Origin: Pseudomonadota bacterium
GTDB lineage: Bacteria > Pseudomonadota > Gammaproteobacteria > Burkholderiales > Gallionellaceae
Direction of reading: 5' to 3'
Assembly (NCBI GenBank): GCA_040754175.1
Contig: JBFMFN010000013.1
Location: 29,156 to 93,155, forward strand
DNA length: 64,000 nt
Shown here piece by piece: positions 37,511-48,725 of this stretch. The notes below the pieces were generated by a model. It had not been told where the DNA came from and did not search any database. It worked only from the letters and a program-made list of their open reading frames with translations. The stretch's first letter is position 1. Every line of letters begins with the position of its first letter. A program made the position numbers and the translations under genes.

Positions 37511-39562
37511 TCAGATGCGGAAATGGCGTACCGAGCCTTGCAGCTCGTGTGCGAATTCCTGCAACTTGTGTGCGGTGCGGTCCACACTCTCCACCGCCAC
37601 GCGATTGGCTTCGGTCATCTGTGCCACCTTCTCCACGTTGCTGGCGATCTCATGGCCGGTCTGCGTCTGTTCCTGCAACGAGGACAGGATGTCGTTGATG
37701 CCGTGCAGCACCTTGTCCGCTCCCTCGTTGATACCCACGATGGCGCGTCCCGCCTGTTCGGCATGCGCTGCCCCTTGTGCCATCTGCTGCATCGCCGTCT
37801 GCATCTGCGCCACGGCATGCTGCGTGGTGCCGCTGATGCCGGAGATCACCTGCTGGATCTCCTGCGTCGCATTCGCAGTCTTCTCCGCCAGCTTGTGCAC
37901 CTCGTCCGCCACCACCGAGAAACCGCGTCCCTGTTCGCCGGCGCGTGCCGCCTCGATCGCCGCATTGAGCGCCAGCAGATTGGTCTGCGAGGCGATCTCG
38001 TTGATCATGCCGACGATCTGCTGCACCTGCTGCGTGCGCTCGCCCAGCTCGGCGATGGTGCCGGCCACCTGCTTGATGGCCTCGTTGGTCTCGCTGATGG
38101 TGCGCGCGGCTTTCTCCACCACTTCGCGTCCTTCGTCGGACAGGTGTTTGGATTGGTCGGAGATGTCCTTCACCTGCTGGGCGTTGGTGGTGATCTGATC
38201 CACGCTCACGCTCATCTGCTCCACGGCGGCGGCCATGTTGCTGGCGGAATCGGACTGCGCGCTGGACGACGCGGTGAGCTTGGTCACCGCCTGCGTCAGG
38301 CGCTGCGAGCGCTCGTCGACATGGCGTGCCGCACCGGTGATCTGGTCGATCACCGAGCCCATCATCACTTTGGTCGATTGCACCGAGCACAGGATCTTGC
38401 CCATCTCGTCGCGGCCGCGGATGTCGGCATGGTTGCTCATGTCGCTGTTGCCGTTGACCAGACGTTCCAGATGACCGGTGATCTGCTGTACCGGGCGGTT
38501 GACGAAGCGGCGCACGATCCAGCGGATGAAGAAGAACAGGAACACCTGGGCGAAGATCTGGCCGCCGATGAGCTTGGCGATGAACAGGTTGAAGTCGCGG
38601 TAATCCTCGCTCAGGTCGATGGTGATGTCGGCTGCGCCCAGTACATCGCCCTCGGCCGCCTGATGGCAGCCCAGACAGTCGGTGCCGCGATGGTTGTTGC
38701 TGCCGACGAAGGGGATCACCGCGTGGAACACCGGCTTGCCGTTGGCATGCTCGAGCGCCAGATAGGGCTCGCGCGTAGCCAGTGCCTGACGCTGGATGTC
38801 GTTCTGCACCTGCTCTTCCGGCAGGCCGGGGCCATACAGTGCCGTTACCTTGTCCGCGCGCAGCATGTGCAGCGACAGGATGCCTTCGCCCTCGGACAGT
38901 TTCTGGCGCAGCAGTTTGCGGTTCTCCGGGTCGCTGATCTGGCCGGTGACCATCAGCAGGTTGGCGCTGTCCAGCATCTCGTTGGCGATGGCTTCCACGC
39001 TGTGGCGTGCGTTGTGGTGCAGTTGCTCGTCCATGTTCACGGCGGTGGTCAGCGCCGACAGGATGAGGAACACGAACAGCATCGGCTGGATCAGCCATTG
39101 CAGTTTCACCCCCAGCGACAGGTCGTTGAAGCGGCGGCGCCAGCCGGCATGCCGAGGCAACTGGCGCATGCGATATAGCGCCTCGGCGGCGGCCACTTCC
39201 TGGCGCGTGGGTTTCTTGCGCAGCGAGATGTAGCCGAGGATGTTGCCGCCTTCGCTGATGGGCGAGACCGACGCCTTGACCCAGTAGTAGTCGCCGTTCT
39301 GCGCGCGGTTCTTCACGATGCCGGTCCACGGATAGCCAGCCTTCACCGTCTTCCACAGATCGGCGAACGCCCATTCCGGCATGTCCGGATGACGCACGAT
39401 GTTATGGTTGCTGCCCAGCAGTTCCGCGCGCTCGAAACCGCTGATCTGCACGAAGCAGTCATTGGCATAGGTGATGATGCCCTTGGGGTCCGTCTTGGTG
39501 ATGAAGACGCACTCTTCCGCATATTCGATCTCGTGCTGGGTGACTGGCTGGTTGTTCTTCAC
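37511..39562 (-). CDS. Methyl-accepting chemotaxis protein: Aer-type PAS, TM, periplasmic CXXCH domain, TM, HAMP, signalling domain
   Basis: [31 protein letters not shown]; DCLGCHQ; [33 protein letters not shown]; GTG start overlapping the upstream stop. Confidence 0.9.
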   Translation of the reverse strand: MKNNQPVTQHEIEYAEECVFITKTDPKGIITYANDCFVQISGFERAELLGSNHNIVRHPDMPEWAFADLWKTVKAGYPWTGIVKNRAQNGDYYWVKASVSPISEGGNILGYISLRKKPTRQEVAAAEALYRMRQLPRHAGWRRRFNDLSLGVKLQWLIQPMLFVFLILSALTTAVNMDEQLHHNARHSVEAIANEMLDSANLLMVTGQISDPENRKLLRQKLSEGEGILSLHMLRADKVTALYGPGLPEEQVQNDIQRQALATREPYLALEHANGKPVFHAVIPFVGSNNHRGTDCLGCHQAAEGDVLGAADITIDLSEDYRDFNLFIAKLIGGQIFAQVFLFFFIRWIVRRFVNRPVQQITGHLERLVNGNSDMSNHADIRGRDEMGKILCSVQSTKVMMGSVIDQITGAARHVDERSQRLTQAVTKLTASSSAQSDSASNMAAAVEQMSVSVDQITTNAQQVKDISDQSKHLSDEGREVVEKAARTISETNEAIKQVAGTIAELGERTQQVQQIVGMINEIASQTNLLALNAAIEAARAGEQGRGFSVVADEVHKLAEKTANATQEIQQVISGISGTTQHAVAQMQTAMQQMAQGAAHAEQAGRAIVGINEGADKVLHGINDILSSLQEQTQTGHEIASNVEKVAQMTEANRVAVESVDRTAHKLQEFAHELQGSVRHFRI

Positions 39563-42030
39563 GCTTCCCTCTCCTGATTATTGTTCTGTATGCGCGGCAG
39601 CCACAGGGTGACCTGGGTGCCGCTGCCGGGTGCGCTGGTGATGTCGATGCTGCCCCCGTGCAGCGTGACGATCTCGTGCGTCAGGCACATGCCGAGGCCG
39701 GTGCCCGGCGTGCTGCCGGATTTGTCGCCGCGCCAGAAGCGCTCGAAAATGCGGCTCAGCTCTGCCGGCGACATGCCGATGCCATGATCGCTGACGCGGA
39801 TGCCGATGCGCCCCCCTTGCGCATCCTCGATCATCTCGATGGCAACCTCGCCGGCCGCGGAATATTTATAGGCATTGTCGATCACGTTCAACAGTGCCTG
39901 CTGCAGCTTGCCGGGGTCCACATGGACCATCATCTGCGGGATGAGGGCAAGACGCGGTGCCGGCCGGCCGGCCACCGGCGCATGCAGACCGAGGGTCGCC
40001 TGCACCAGCTCCGCGCAATCCAGGGTGACCGGCTGCAGCAGGCCCTTGCCGCGCGCCTCGATGCGGCTGAGATCCACCAGGTCGTTGATGATGCGTACCA
40101 GCCACTTCGCCTGGCCGTGGATGATCTGCAACGCCTCTTCGCGCATCGCACCTTCCACGCGCCCTTGCAGCAACAGTTCTGCGTAACCCAGCACGCTGGT
40201 CAGCGGCGTGCGCAACTCATGCGCGGCCAGCGCGAGGAACTCGCTCTTCATGCGCACCAGTTCCTCTTCGCGGGTGATGTCGCGCATGTAGATCACGCTG
40301 CCCGCATAACGCTCCCCTTCACCCTCGGCGAGATGGATGGCGCGGGTGGCGCACAGCAACTGGCGCGCCTCGGGCTGTTGCAGCTCGAGACGCAGTACCT
40401 CGCCGTCGCCCGGTACATTGCGCGCATCGCCGTCGGCCAGCAGGCGCTGCCATAGCTTGTCCTTGTGCATGCCCAGCCAGGTGTCTGCCATGCTGCCGGT
40501 CCAGGCGAGGAAGGCGGGGTTGACCAGCACGATGCGCGCTTCGGCGTCGGTGGCGATGAAGGCGTCCGGGCTGAGGTCGAACACCGATTGCAGGCGTTGT
40601 TTCTGGCTGGACAGTTCGGTCTCGGCGCGGTCGCGCTGTTGCCAGGCGCTGTCCAGTTGCTCTGCCATGTGCGCGATGCCGCGCGCGGTGCGGTCCAGTT
40701 CGGTCACCGGGAGCGCTTGCAGCTGTGGGCGATAGCGACCGTTGCCGATGTCGGCCACCATGTCGTCGATGCGCTGCAACGGTTCGGACAGGAAGCGGCT
40801 CATGGCGCGCGCGCGGCGATACAGCAGCAGGAAGAACACCACATAGAACAGCACCATGCCCAGAACCATCAATAGCGCGATGTGGTTGAGGCGTGCCGCC
40901 AGCGTTTGCGCCGGCAGATAGATGTTGCGCTCCGGTGCCACCACCACCAGCTTCCAGCCGGTCTCGGGGATGGTGGCCCAAGCCACCAAGCTGTCTTGCG
41001 ACAGATGCACATGCTCCAGCCCGGTGGCCTGGGCGCGGATGTGCTGCGGCAGCTCGCCGTAACCGGTGCGCTTGAACAGGTTGGCGCTGTCGGCGCGGAA
41101 GGTGTCCTGGCGGATGGCGGCGTCATACTCGTGACTGGTGGTGCTCTCCTTGCCCCAGTCCGCATCGCCCGCCTGCGGCATGGCGATGATGGCGCCCTCG
41201 CGGCTGAGCAGCATGCCGTAACCGGCCCACGGGATGCTCAGGTTGAGCACGTCCGACACCATCGCGTTCACCGTGATGTCGGAGCCGATCACCCCTTCCA
41301 GGAAATCGCCGCGATATACCGGCGCGATACACGAAGCCATCCAGCCCTGACCGGCCGGGTCGACATAGACGTCGGTCCATACCACGCTGCGCTGCGGGTT
41401 GTGTGCCAGGTCGGCTTCGTAATAGAAATTGAACGAAGGGATGTCCATGTGCGGCGCGTACTGCGCGATGACATCGAAGTAGGGATAGATGCGGTTGAGC
41501 GAATCGTGGGTGTTGTAATAGACCTGCACGATCAGCGGGAACGCCTGCTGGATGCCCTTGAACGCGGGGTCGAGGCCGGCCGAGCGCATGGCCTTGGTGC
41601 GTTCCGCCGCGCCCACCGGCTGATGGCCGCTGTAGAACAGCGCACTGCCGCCGTTGTCGCGCGTGGTGTAGTACGCGCCGTCCTTGGAGTAGGCGTAGCG
41701 TGCCGGATCGTCGCGCATGGCACTGCCGCCTTGCACCATCACCCGCTGGGTCTCGCGGCGCAGGAACTCGGTGGCTTGGGTGATGCCTTTCAGTTGCTGG
41801 TTGATGCCACGCGCCTCACGGCTGGCGAGCTGCGCCAGTTCGTGTTCGGCCTGCTCGCGCACCGCTTCGATGTTGGCCTGGGTGGAGATGGCGTTGCTGG
41901 CGAAATAGATGGCGATCAGTCCCACTTCGACCAGCAGCAGCGGGATCAGCGAGGTGCGGAAATAGGCGCGCCAGATCCAGCGGATGAGCGGGATGCCATG
42001 CGTCGGCGGCGGGTGTGGGATGCTGACCAT
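39559..42030 (-). CDS. Sensor histidine kinase (Cache-type periplasmic domain, HAMP-like, PAS, HisKA, HATPase)
   Basis: [14 protein letters not shown] (Cache), [10 protein letters not shown]-box, [20 protein letters not shown]. Confidence 0.88.
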   Translation of the reverse strand: MVSIPHPPPTHGIPLIRWIWRAYFRTSLIPLLLVEVGLIAIYFASNAISTQANIEAVREQAEHELAQLASREARGINQQLKGITQATEFLRRETQRVMVQGGSAMRDDPARYAYSKDGAYYTTRDNGGSALFYSGHQPVGAAERTKAMRSAGLDPAFKGIQQAFPLIVQVYYNTHDSLNRIYPYFDVIAQYAPHMDIPSFNFYYEADLAHNPQRSVVWTDVYVDPAGQGWMASCIAPVYRGDFLEGVIGSDITVNAMVSDVLNLSIPWAGYGMLLSREGAIIAMPQAGDADWGKESTTSHEYDAAIRQDTFRADSANLFKRTGYGELPQHIRAQATGLEHVHLSQDSLVAWATIPETGWKLVVVAPERNIYLPAQTLAARLNHIALLMVLGMVLFYVVFFLLLYRRARAMSRFLSEPLQRIDDMVADIGNGRYRPQLQALPVTELDRTARGIAHMAEQLDSAWQQRDRAETELSSQKQRLQSVFDLSPDAFIATDAEARIVLVNPAFLAWTGSMADTWLGMHKDKLWQRLLADGDARNVPGDGEVLRLELQQPEARQLLCATRAIHLAEGEGERYAGSVIYMRDITREEELVRMKSEFLALAAHELRTPLTSVLGYAELLLQGRVEGAMREEALQIIHGQAKWLVRIINDLVDLSRIEARGKGLLQPVTLDCAELVQATLGLHAPVAGRPAPRLALIPQMMVHVDPGKLQQALLNVIDNAYKYSAAGEVAIEMIEDAQGGRIGIRVSDHGIGMSPAELSRIFERFWRGDKSGSTPGTGLGMCLTHEIVTLHGGSIDITSAPGSGTQVTLWLPRIQNNNQEREA

Positions 42031-42792
42031 CTAGCCCGCCTCCATCAGTTTCTCTGGCTGCGCCGGCGCGGTGCGCAAGCCGTCCATGAACTCGTCCATG
42101 GCCAGGTTGAGTGCACGCACCACCTTGGGATCGTAGCGCGTGCCGTAATGCTGGAACACTTCGTTGAACGCTTCCTGCGCGCTCATCCTGGGATGGCCGT
42201 GCAGTCCGTGCAGCAGGTCGTCGAAGTGGTCGGCCACCGCCACGATGCGTGCTTCCAGCGGGATGTTCTCGCCGACCAGTCCGTCGGGATAGCCGCTGCC
42301 GTCGAAGTGTTCGTGGTGCGCACGCGCGATCATGGCGGCGATGGACAGGATGTGATCGTCGGAGGCGAGGATGGCGGCGCCGAGTTCGGTGTGCCGCTGG
42401 AACGCATGCGCGTCGCTGCCGTCGCTATAGCTTTGGCTCGACAGCGCCAGCATGCCGATGTCGTGCAGCGGGGCGGCCAGTTCCAGCATGGCGCAATAGG
42501 ATCGATCGATCTCCATGCGGTGCGCCAGCAAGGCCGCCAGGCGCGCCACGCGCAGGCCATGCTGGTGGCTCGCGGGGTCGCGCAGTTGCAGCAGTACCGT
42601 CATGTGGCGGATCACCGCCAGCGAGGTGATGCCGAGCTGGCCTTCCTTGTTCATCTTGAGCAGCGAGCGGTAGTTCGCGTGCAGCTTGGCCAGGTCTTCT
42701 GCCATGCGCAGGTTCTGCTGCTGGCTGCGCTGCAGGCGCGCGGTCGAACGTTGCAGGCGCAGTAAGCGCAACAGGCGTTTGAGTCGTTTCAT
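42031..42792 (-). CDS. HD-GYP domain c-di-GMP phosphodiesterase
   Basis: [37 protein letters not shown]. Confidence 0.85.
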   Translation of the reverse strand: MKRLKRLLRLLRLQRSTARLQRSQQQNLRMAEDLAKLHANYRSLLKMNKEGQLGITSLAVIRHMTVLLQLRDPASHQHGLRVARLAALLAHRMEIDRSYCAMLELAAPLHDIGMLALSSQSYSDGSDAHAFQRHTELGAAILASDDHILSIAAMIARAHHEHFDGSGYPDGLVGENIPLEARIVAVADHFDDLLHGLHGHPRMSAQEAFNEVFQHYGTRYDPKVVRALNLAMDEFMDGLRTAPAQPEKLMEAG

Positions 42793-43970
42793 CGCGCCGC
42801 CCTGACTGCCATCTCCTTGGCGGAGTTGGTCATCTCCTTGGTCAATTTCTCCAGCTCGTTGGCCAGCGTCATGCGGTCGCGCACCATGTCGTCGAAGCCG
42901 TCCAGCAGGCGGCTCATGTCGTCGCGCAGCGATTTCCAGCTGTTGGCGATGTCGGCGATCAGCAGCAGGTGGTTGCGCAATTCGACCATCTGTTCCGGGG
43001 GCGCATGGTCGCCGCTGCGCAGCGCGTTGACGATGTGCAGCGCTTCCGAAAGTGCCTGTTGCATCTGCGCCTTGCCTTCGCGCATCTCGCGCAGGTCTTC
43101 GAAGATGTCCTTGCTGATCGCGGTCTCTTCGATCACCCCCTTGCGCACTTGGGATGAGATATCGGCGGCGATCTTGGTCAGGCCGAGCAGCGTGTGCGCG
43201 TTGTCGGCGATCAGCGCGTGCGTGGCGGTCAGGTCCTTGACCATCTGGCGCATCAGTTCGCGCAGTTCCAGCAGTTCATCCAGGTGCACCTCGCATTCCG
43301 ACAAGGTCTCGGCCGAGACCTCGCCGCGCCCGATGCGCTGGGCGATGCGTCCCATGTTGCGCAGCGGCCTGACCAGCAGGTGGAACACCAGCCACAGGAT
43401 GAGCGCGACCAGCACGGCCAAGGCGCTGCTCAGCCAGTTGAGCTGCTGTTCGTGGCGGGCCAGATCGACTGCCGCATCGTGGTTGGCCTGGTGCTGGCGG
43501 CGCGCCTGTTCGCCGCCCAGCGTGTCGAGCAGGATGAAAGCTTCTTCCACATGGCGGCGATAGGCGCTCACCGCCGCAGGCGTGGGCGGTGTCTGGCGCA
43601 GGCTCGCCAGCTGGGTCATCAAGGCATCCAGCTGCCGGTAGGCGCGATGCTCCTCACGCAGTTCCGCATCCAACTGTTGCCGGTATTCCTGCCACAGGTC
43701 GAGGATCTGCCCGGTCAGCGTCGGCAGCGCGTCATAGGCCGCTGTGTCGTGGGTGAGGCCGGACAGTTCGTGCAGCGCGGCTTTGAGGTCGGCGGCGAGC
43801 GTGTTTTGCAAGGCCTGTTGTGCATTGTCGGCAACGATGTGCTGCGACAACGAAGTCAGGGCATGACGGGTGAACATCGCGCCCAGCACCACGCTGGCAC
43901 AGATCACCAGACCTGACAGCAGCATCAGGTTGCGCACGCGCAGCAGACGGGCAGGGAGCAGGCGGATCAT
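42789..43970 (-). CDS. TM-periplasmic-TM-HAMP protein with coiled-coil tail (receptor-like, no MCP tip)
   Basis: ATG at 43970 inside ORF 42789..44567; two hydrophobic helices; [32 protein letters not shown]. Confidence 0.7.
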   Translation of the reverse strand: MIRLLPARLLRVRNLMLLSGLVICASVVLGAMFTRHALTSLSQHIVADNAQQALQNTLAADLKAALHELSGLTHDTAAYDALPTLTGQILDLWQEYRQQLDAELREEHRAYRQLDALMTQLASLRQTPPTPAAVSAYRRHVEEAFILLDTLGGEQARRQHQANHDAAVDLARHEQQLNWLSSALAVLVALILWLVFHLLVRPLRNMGRIAQRIGRGEVSAETLSECEVHLDELLELRELMRQMVKDLTATHALIADNAHTLLGLTKIAADISSQVRKGVIEETAISKDIFEDLREMREGKAQMQQALSEALHIVNALRSGDHAPPEQMVELRNHLLLIADIANSWKSLRDDMSRLLDGFDDMVRDRMTLANELEKLTKEMTNSAKEMAVRAAR

Positions 43971-45166
43971 GGTCGTTGCAGGCTGAAGTGGCGCGACACT
44001 TCGCGCGACGGGTTGCTGCCGGCATAGGCGAGGAAGGCGCCGGCATCCACCGGGCGGCTGAAGAAGTAGCCTTGCGCCTCGTCGCAGCCGCTGCGTGCCA
44101 GTGCCAAGGCCTGACGCTTGCTCTCCACCCCTTCGGCCAGTGCGCGCATGCCCAGGCTGTGTGCCATGCGCACCGTGTTGCGCACGATCAGATGGTCGAC
44201 CGGGTTGTCCAGCATGTCGCGCACGAAGGATTGGTCCACCTTGATCTCGCTGGCCGGGATCACCGATACCTGGTGCAGCGAGGAATAGCCGGTGCCGTAG
44301 TCGTCGATGGCGATCTCGATGCCGAAGCGATACAGCTCGAGGATGGTCTCCAGCAGCATGTCCAGGTTCTGCACCATGGCGCTCTCGGTGAGTTCGATGG
44401 ACAGGCACTCGGGGTCGAGGTGCGCGGCATCGATCATCGCCAGCACGTTGGCGGCGACACCGGGCAGGCTGAAAGTGCTGGCGGAGAAATTGACCGCTAC
44501 CTTGAAATCGTAGCCCAGGCGTCGCCATTCCCAGGTCTGGCGCAGCGCATCCTCCAGCACCAGCCAAGTCATGTCGGGCATCAACTGGAACTCTTCGATC
44601 AGCGGGATGAAGGTGTCCGGCGTGATCAGGCCGTGTTCGGGATGCTGCCAGCGCACCAGCGCTTCGGCGCCGATGATGTGCCCCGCCTTGAGGGCGATCT
44701 TGGGCTGGAAATGGGTGGTGAACTGGTGTTGCTCGATCGCCGTGCGCAACATCTCGCCGGTGATCTCCAGCGGACTCGCTGCGCGGTGGTGGCCGACCGG
44801 ATGCTGCTGGCGATGGGCCATGGCCTGGATGTCGCCGAAGAACACCGGCACGTTCAGTTTGACCGCCTGGCGGATGCCCCTGGCGCGCGCATACTGGAAA
44901 AACGCTTCCTGCACCCGCTTGCCACTGGCGTCCTTGTTCATCAGCAGGCCGAGTATCGGCGCCGGCTCCATGCGCGCGATCTGCTTGATGGTCTCGATCG
45001 GCGTCACGCCGTGCGCCAGCGTATCCATGATGATGAGATCGTGCGCATCATCGAGCGGCATGTCCGCGCTATGCCGGGTGACCCGGCAGCCGCCCAGGCG
45101 CTCGCCGTATTCCAGCAGGTCGTTATACAGTGCGTCGTCGCCCCCGATGAGCAGTATCCCTTTCAC
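43967..45166 (-). CDS. EAL-domain c-di-GMP phosphodiesterase with degenerate N-terminal receiver-like domain
   Basis: FQPKI, GAEALVRW, IELTE, DDYGTGYSS, EIKVDQSF, AEGVE, QGYFFSRP; GTG start at 45166. Confidence 0.88.
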   Translation of the reverse strand: MKGILLIGGDDALYNDLLEYGERLGGCRVTRHSADMPLDDAHDLIIMDTLAHGVTPIETIKQIARMEPAPILGLLMNKDASGKRVQEAFFQYARARGIRQAVKLNVPVFFGDIQAMAHRQQHPVGHHRAASPLEITGEMLRTAIEQHQFTTHFQPKIALKAGHIIGAEALVRWQHPEHGLITPDTFIPLIEEFQLMPDMTWLVLEDALRQTWEWRRLGYDFKVAVNFSASTFSLPGVAANVLAMIDAAHLDPECLSIELTESAMVQNLDMLLETILELYRFGIEIAIDDYGTGYSSLHQVSVIPASEIKVDQSFVRDMLDNPVDHLIVRNTVRMAHSLGMRALAEGVESKRQALALARSGCDEAQGYFFSRPVDAGAFLAYAGSNPSREVSRHFSLQRP

Positions 45167-45789
45167 GGCTTGCCCCCTTCTCTTTCGGCGATCAGTTGCA
45201 ACAGCACATCCACCAGTTCGCGATCGAACAGGCGGCCGCTCTCGTGCCGCAACAAATCGGCCAGCTCGGCATGGGCCAGCGGCGCCACTGCCTGATCCGG
45301 GTACAGTGCCTCGGTGAGTGAGGCGGCGTATTCGGCCAGCGCGAAGATGCGCGAGGCCAGCGGCAGGTCGCTGCCGGCGGCACCGGGCATGGCGCCGGGG
45401 CCGCAGAACAGTGCGATCTCCAGCGCCATCTGTTGTACCGCTTCGGAGGCGGCATGTTTTTCGTCGCGGCGTGCGGTGAGCGCAGTGCGTACCGCTTCCG
45501 CCAGCGCGGTCTGGTATCCCGCCGATTGGCCGAGGCGTGCGGCGATCTGCTGGCACAGGCCGGATACGGCAGCGATATAGGCCCGTGTATAACGGCGCGG
45601 TTTGCTGGTTTCCGGCGCCGGCCGCGCGGCGCGGAGACGCGCCGGCGCATCGTCGGCTGTCAGCAGGGCGCGGAAGTCTTCGGCGTAGCGGTCCAGCTGC
45701 TGTTGCAGGCTGGCCTTCTCGCTCTTGAGCAGATCGATGTAGGCGAGCAGGAAGGGCCGCCCGCTGTTGTCGCGATGGGGGTCCGGCAT
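45163..45789 (-). CDS. Degenerate HD-GYP-like protein (no HD or GYP motif)
   Basis: N-terminal QLDRYAEDF coiled coil; C-terminal LPLASRIFALAE..SGRLFDRELVDV resembles the HD-GYP C-terminus. Confidence 0.6.
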   Translation of the reverse strand: MPDPHRDNSGRPFLLAYIDLLKSEKASLQQQLDRYAEDFRALLTADDAPARLRAARPAPETSKPRRYTRAYIAAVSGLCQQIAARLGQSAGYQTALAEAVRTALTARRDEKHAASEAVQQMALEIALFCGPGAMPGAAGSDLPLASRIFALAEYAASLTEALYPDQAVAPLAHAELADLLRHESGRLFDRELVDVLLQLIAEREGGKP

Positions 45790-46196
45790 CACTCGCTCCT
45801 GTGCTCCAGATGACCCGGCCGGGTCTCGATCAGTTCGATCAGTTCGATGGGCGAGAACGGCTTCACCATATAGGCATCGGCACCGGCGGCGAGGCCCGCT
45901 GCGCGATCCGCCTGCTGTCCGAGCGCGGTGAGCAGCACGATGTAGGCGTGTTTCAGCGCCGGGTCCTGTTTGATGCGGCGGCACACGTCCAGCCCGTTCA
46001 GTTCGCCCGGCATCATGATGTCGAGCAGGATCACGTCCGGGCGGATCTCCTGCGCCAGCTTCAACGCCTCGCTGCCGTTACCGGCGAAGTATTGCTTGTA
46101 CAAGCCGTAACCCAGGGTCACCGACAGCAGTTTGCGCAGGTTGCCCTCGTCATCGACGATCAACAGGTTCTCGTGGGTGGTGGGGGTCGTATCCAT
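45789..46196 (-). CDS. Single-domain response regulator (REC)
   Basis: LLIVDD, ILLDIMMP, LLTA, YMVKPF; alternative ATG at 46205. Confidence 0.9.
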   Translation of the reverse strand: MDTTPTTHENLLIVDDEGNLRKLLSVTLGYGLYKQYFAGNGSEALKLAQEIRPDVILLDIMMPGELNGLDVCRRIKQDPALKHAYIVLLTALGQQADRAAGLAAGADAYMVKPFSPIELIELIETRPGHLEHRSE

Positions 46197-46197
46197 T

Positions 46198-48723
46198 TCA
46201 AGCATCGCCTTTCTGGTCTGACGGGTCTATGGGGAAACGCAAGGTGAGCGAAGTGCCGGCGCCAGGACGGCTGTCGAGCGTCACGCTGCCGCCGTGGATC
46301 TGCATGATCTCCTTCACCAGTGACAGGCCGAGGCCGGTGCCGGGGATGACGCCCGAGGTGTCGGCGCGGAAGAAGCGGTCGAACGCCTTGAGCTGGTGTT
46401 CCTTGCTCATGCCGATGCCGTGGTCGGTGACGGTAACCGCCAGCATGTCGCCGTGCTCGCGCTGCTCCAGTTTCTGGCGGATCTCGATGGCGCCGCCGTG
46501 CGGCGAATATTTCCAGGCATTGCTCAGCACGTTGACGAACACCTGCTTGATCTTGTCTGCGTCGATGCGCACATCGGGCATGCCGTCCTCGCCGGCGGCG
46601 AAGCGCACCGGGTGGGTGTCCTGCGGCAGGTTGAGTTCCTGCAAGGCCTTGCGCATCACCTTGGCGGTCTGTTGCGGCTCGAAGCGGAAATCGCGTCCGG
46701 CGCGGGCCTCGATGCGCGTCAGGTCGAGCAGTTCGTTCACCATGCGGATCAGGCCGCGCGTCTGCTCGTAGACGATCTGCAGGTATTCCTTGCGGTCCTC
46801 TTCCGCCAGCGGGCGGGTGAGCATCAGCTCGACGAAGCCGTAGATGCTGGACATCGGCGCGCGCAGCTCGTGCGCGGCGGTGGCCAGGAAGTCGCTCTTC
46901 ATCTCGTCGATCTCCACTTCGCGCGTGATATCGCGGAAGAAGATCACCGTGTGCAATTCGTCCGAATCCAGCTGCCGCGATTCCCAGCGGATGACCCGTT
47001 TGGGATCGCGCAGGCGGAAGCTGCCTTCCTGCGACTGGTTGTCCAGCGCGTGGCGCAGTGCGCGTGTGTCCTTCAGGTCGAGCAGACTGCCCAGCGCCTG
47101 GATGAAGGTGTCGATGGTCAGCTTGCCGTCCGGCTTGCGCTCCAGCGCGAACAGGTCGAGCAGGCGGTCGTTGCAGAAGGTGATCTGCTGCGACAGCGAC
47201 AGCGCCAGCACGCCTTCCGGGCTGTTGGCGAAGATGCGGCGCAGGTTGTCCTCGCTGGCGCTGAGCGCGAGCTGTGCCAGTTTGCGCTCGGTGACGTCGG
47301 CGATGCTGCCGATCATGCGCAGCGGTGTGCCGTCGGCGCCACGCTTCACCAGTTGGCCGCGGTCCTGCACCCAGATCACGTCGCCGTTCTCCTTGCGCAT
47401 GCGATGTTCGCTGACATAGGGCAGGCCGCGACCGAGATGGTCGGCCAGACGCTGCTTGACCTGCGCGCGGTCGTCTTCGTGCAGATGCTGGGCGAACAGC
47501 TCGAAGTCGCTCTCCAGGGTGGGCGGCGTGATGCCCAGCAGTTCGCTCCATTTGGCGTTGTGCATCACCTTGCCATTGGCGATGTCCCAGTCCCACAGAC
47601 CTTCGCCGGTGGCCGACAGGGCGAAACCGAGACGCTCCTCGCTGGCGGCGAGGCTGGCGCTCTTCTCCTGCAACTCCTGGGTCAGGGTGTCGGCGATGCG
47701 GCGCGCGTTCTGCTGGGTGTTCTGCATCGAACGGATCAGTGAGTACAGCAGCAACGTGAGCAGCAGGCCGACCAGGGTGGTGGCGATGCCGTTCTGGCGC
47801 GCGTGTGCATGCATGTCCCGGGCGGACTGGTCGAAGTCCAGCGTCCAGGTGCTGCCGTTGAACAGCACGCTGCGCGACAGGTGCACCGGGTCGCGCAGCT
47901 CGGCGCCCGGCTGGCTGTCGTACAACAGCGCCTGGGTATCGCTGAGTGCGCCGTCATACACCCGCATGCGCACCGTGTCCGAGGGGAAGTTTCCGGTGGA
48001 GAACACGGTGCCTTGCAGCATGTCCTTCATGCGGAACGGGCTGTAGACCCAGCCTTGCAGGGCGGCCTGCCGTTGCGCCAGGGTGTCGATGGGTGCGTCC
48101 CTGCGATAGACCGGGACGTACATCAGGGTGCCGGCCTGCACATCCTCGCTGGTCTCCTGCACCAGATGCACCTTGCCGGACAGCGCCGGGGTGTTGTCGT
48201 TCATGGCGCGCGCCATGGCCTGGCGACGCACCTGTTCGGAATACATGTCGTAACCGAAGGCGCGCAGGTTGCGTCCGCTGAACGGTTCGATGTAGACGAT
48301 GGCGCCGTACAGTTCGCGCTTGCCGGGCGGCCACACCGCATAGTGGGGGAAGCCCTCGCGACGCATGCTCGCCTCATGTGCCGCCAGTTCGTTGGACGTC
48401 AGCTTGCGCGCGAAACCGAAGCCCAAGATGCCCTTGAAGTGCTCGTCCAGGCGCAGGCGTTCGGCATAACGCCGCCAATCGTCGCGCGTCACGTTGGCCG
48501 AGGCGTCGAACAGCGCGGCGCCACCGAGCAGCACCTGTTTGTGTGCCTCCAGGCGGGCTTCGGCCTTGAGCACGATCTCGTCGCAATAGCCGGCGAACTC
48601 GCGCTCGGCCTGCTTCAAGCGGTTGTCATAGATCAGATAGCCGGCCAGCAGGCTGAGCCCGGTGCCGCCCAGCAGGGTGAGCAGTGCGGTGGAGCGCGGC
48701 AGGGTGTTGCCTGAGAACGGCAT
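46198..48723 (-). CDS. CHASE-PAS sensor histidine kinase
   Basis: CHASE (IVYIEPFSGRNLRAFGYDMYSE..RRQAM), PAS (GLWDWDI..EHRMRKENGDVIWV), AAHELRAP, NVLSNAWKYS, GTGLG. Confidence 0.9.
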   Translation of the reverse strand: MPFSGNTLPRSTALLTLLGGTGLSLLAGYLIYDNRLKQAEREFAGYCDEIVLKAEARLEAHKQVLLGGAALFDASANVTRDDWRRYAERLRLDEHFKGILGFGFARKLTSNELAAHEASMRREGFPHYAVWPPGKRELYGAIVYIEPFSGRNLRAFGYDMYSEQVRRQAMARAMNDNTPALSGKVHLVQETSEDVQAGTLMYVPVYRRDAPIDTLAQRQAALQGWVYSPFRMKDMLQGTVFSTGNFPSDTVRMRVYDGALSDTQALLYDSQPGAELRDPVHLSRSVLFNGSTWTLDFDQSARDMHAHARQNGIATTLVGLLLTLLLYSLIRSMQNTQQNARRIADTLTQELQEKSASLAASEERLGFALSATGEGLWDWDIANGKVMHNAKWSELLGITPPTLESDFELFAQHLHEDDRAQVKQRLADHLGRGLPYVSEHRMRKENGDVIWVQDRGQLVKRGADGTPLRMIGSIADVTERKLAQLALSASEDNLRRIFANSPEGVLALSLSQQITFCNDRLLDLFALERKPDGKLTIDTFIQALGSLLDLKDTRALRHALDNQSQEGSFRLRDPKRVIRWESRQLDSDELHTVIFFRDITREVEIDEMKSDFLATAAHELRAPMSSIYGFVELMLTRPLAEEDRKEYLQIVYEQTRGLIRMVNELLDLTRIEARAGRDFRFEPQQTAKVMRKALQELNLPQDTHPVRFAAGEDGMPDVRIDADKIKQVFVNVLSNAWKYSPHGGAIEIRQKLEQREHGDMLAVTVTDHGIGMSKEHQLKAFDRFFRADTSGVIPGTGLGLSLVKEIMQIHGGSVTLDSRPGAGTSLTLRFPIDPSDQKGDA

Positions 48724-48725
48724 GC

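Noticed and set aside
43971-44567. N-terminal 199 aa of ORF 42789..44567
   Set aside because: Out-of-frame overlap with the EAL gene; real start at ATG 43970 with an ATGA junction
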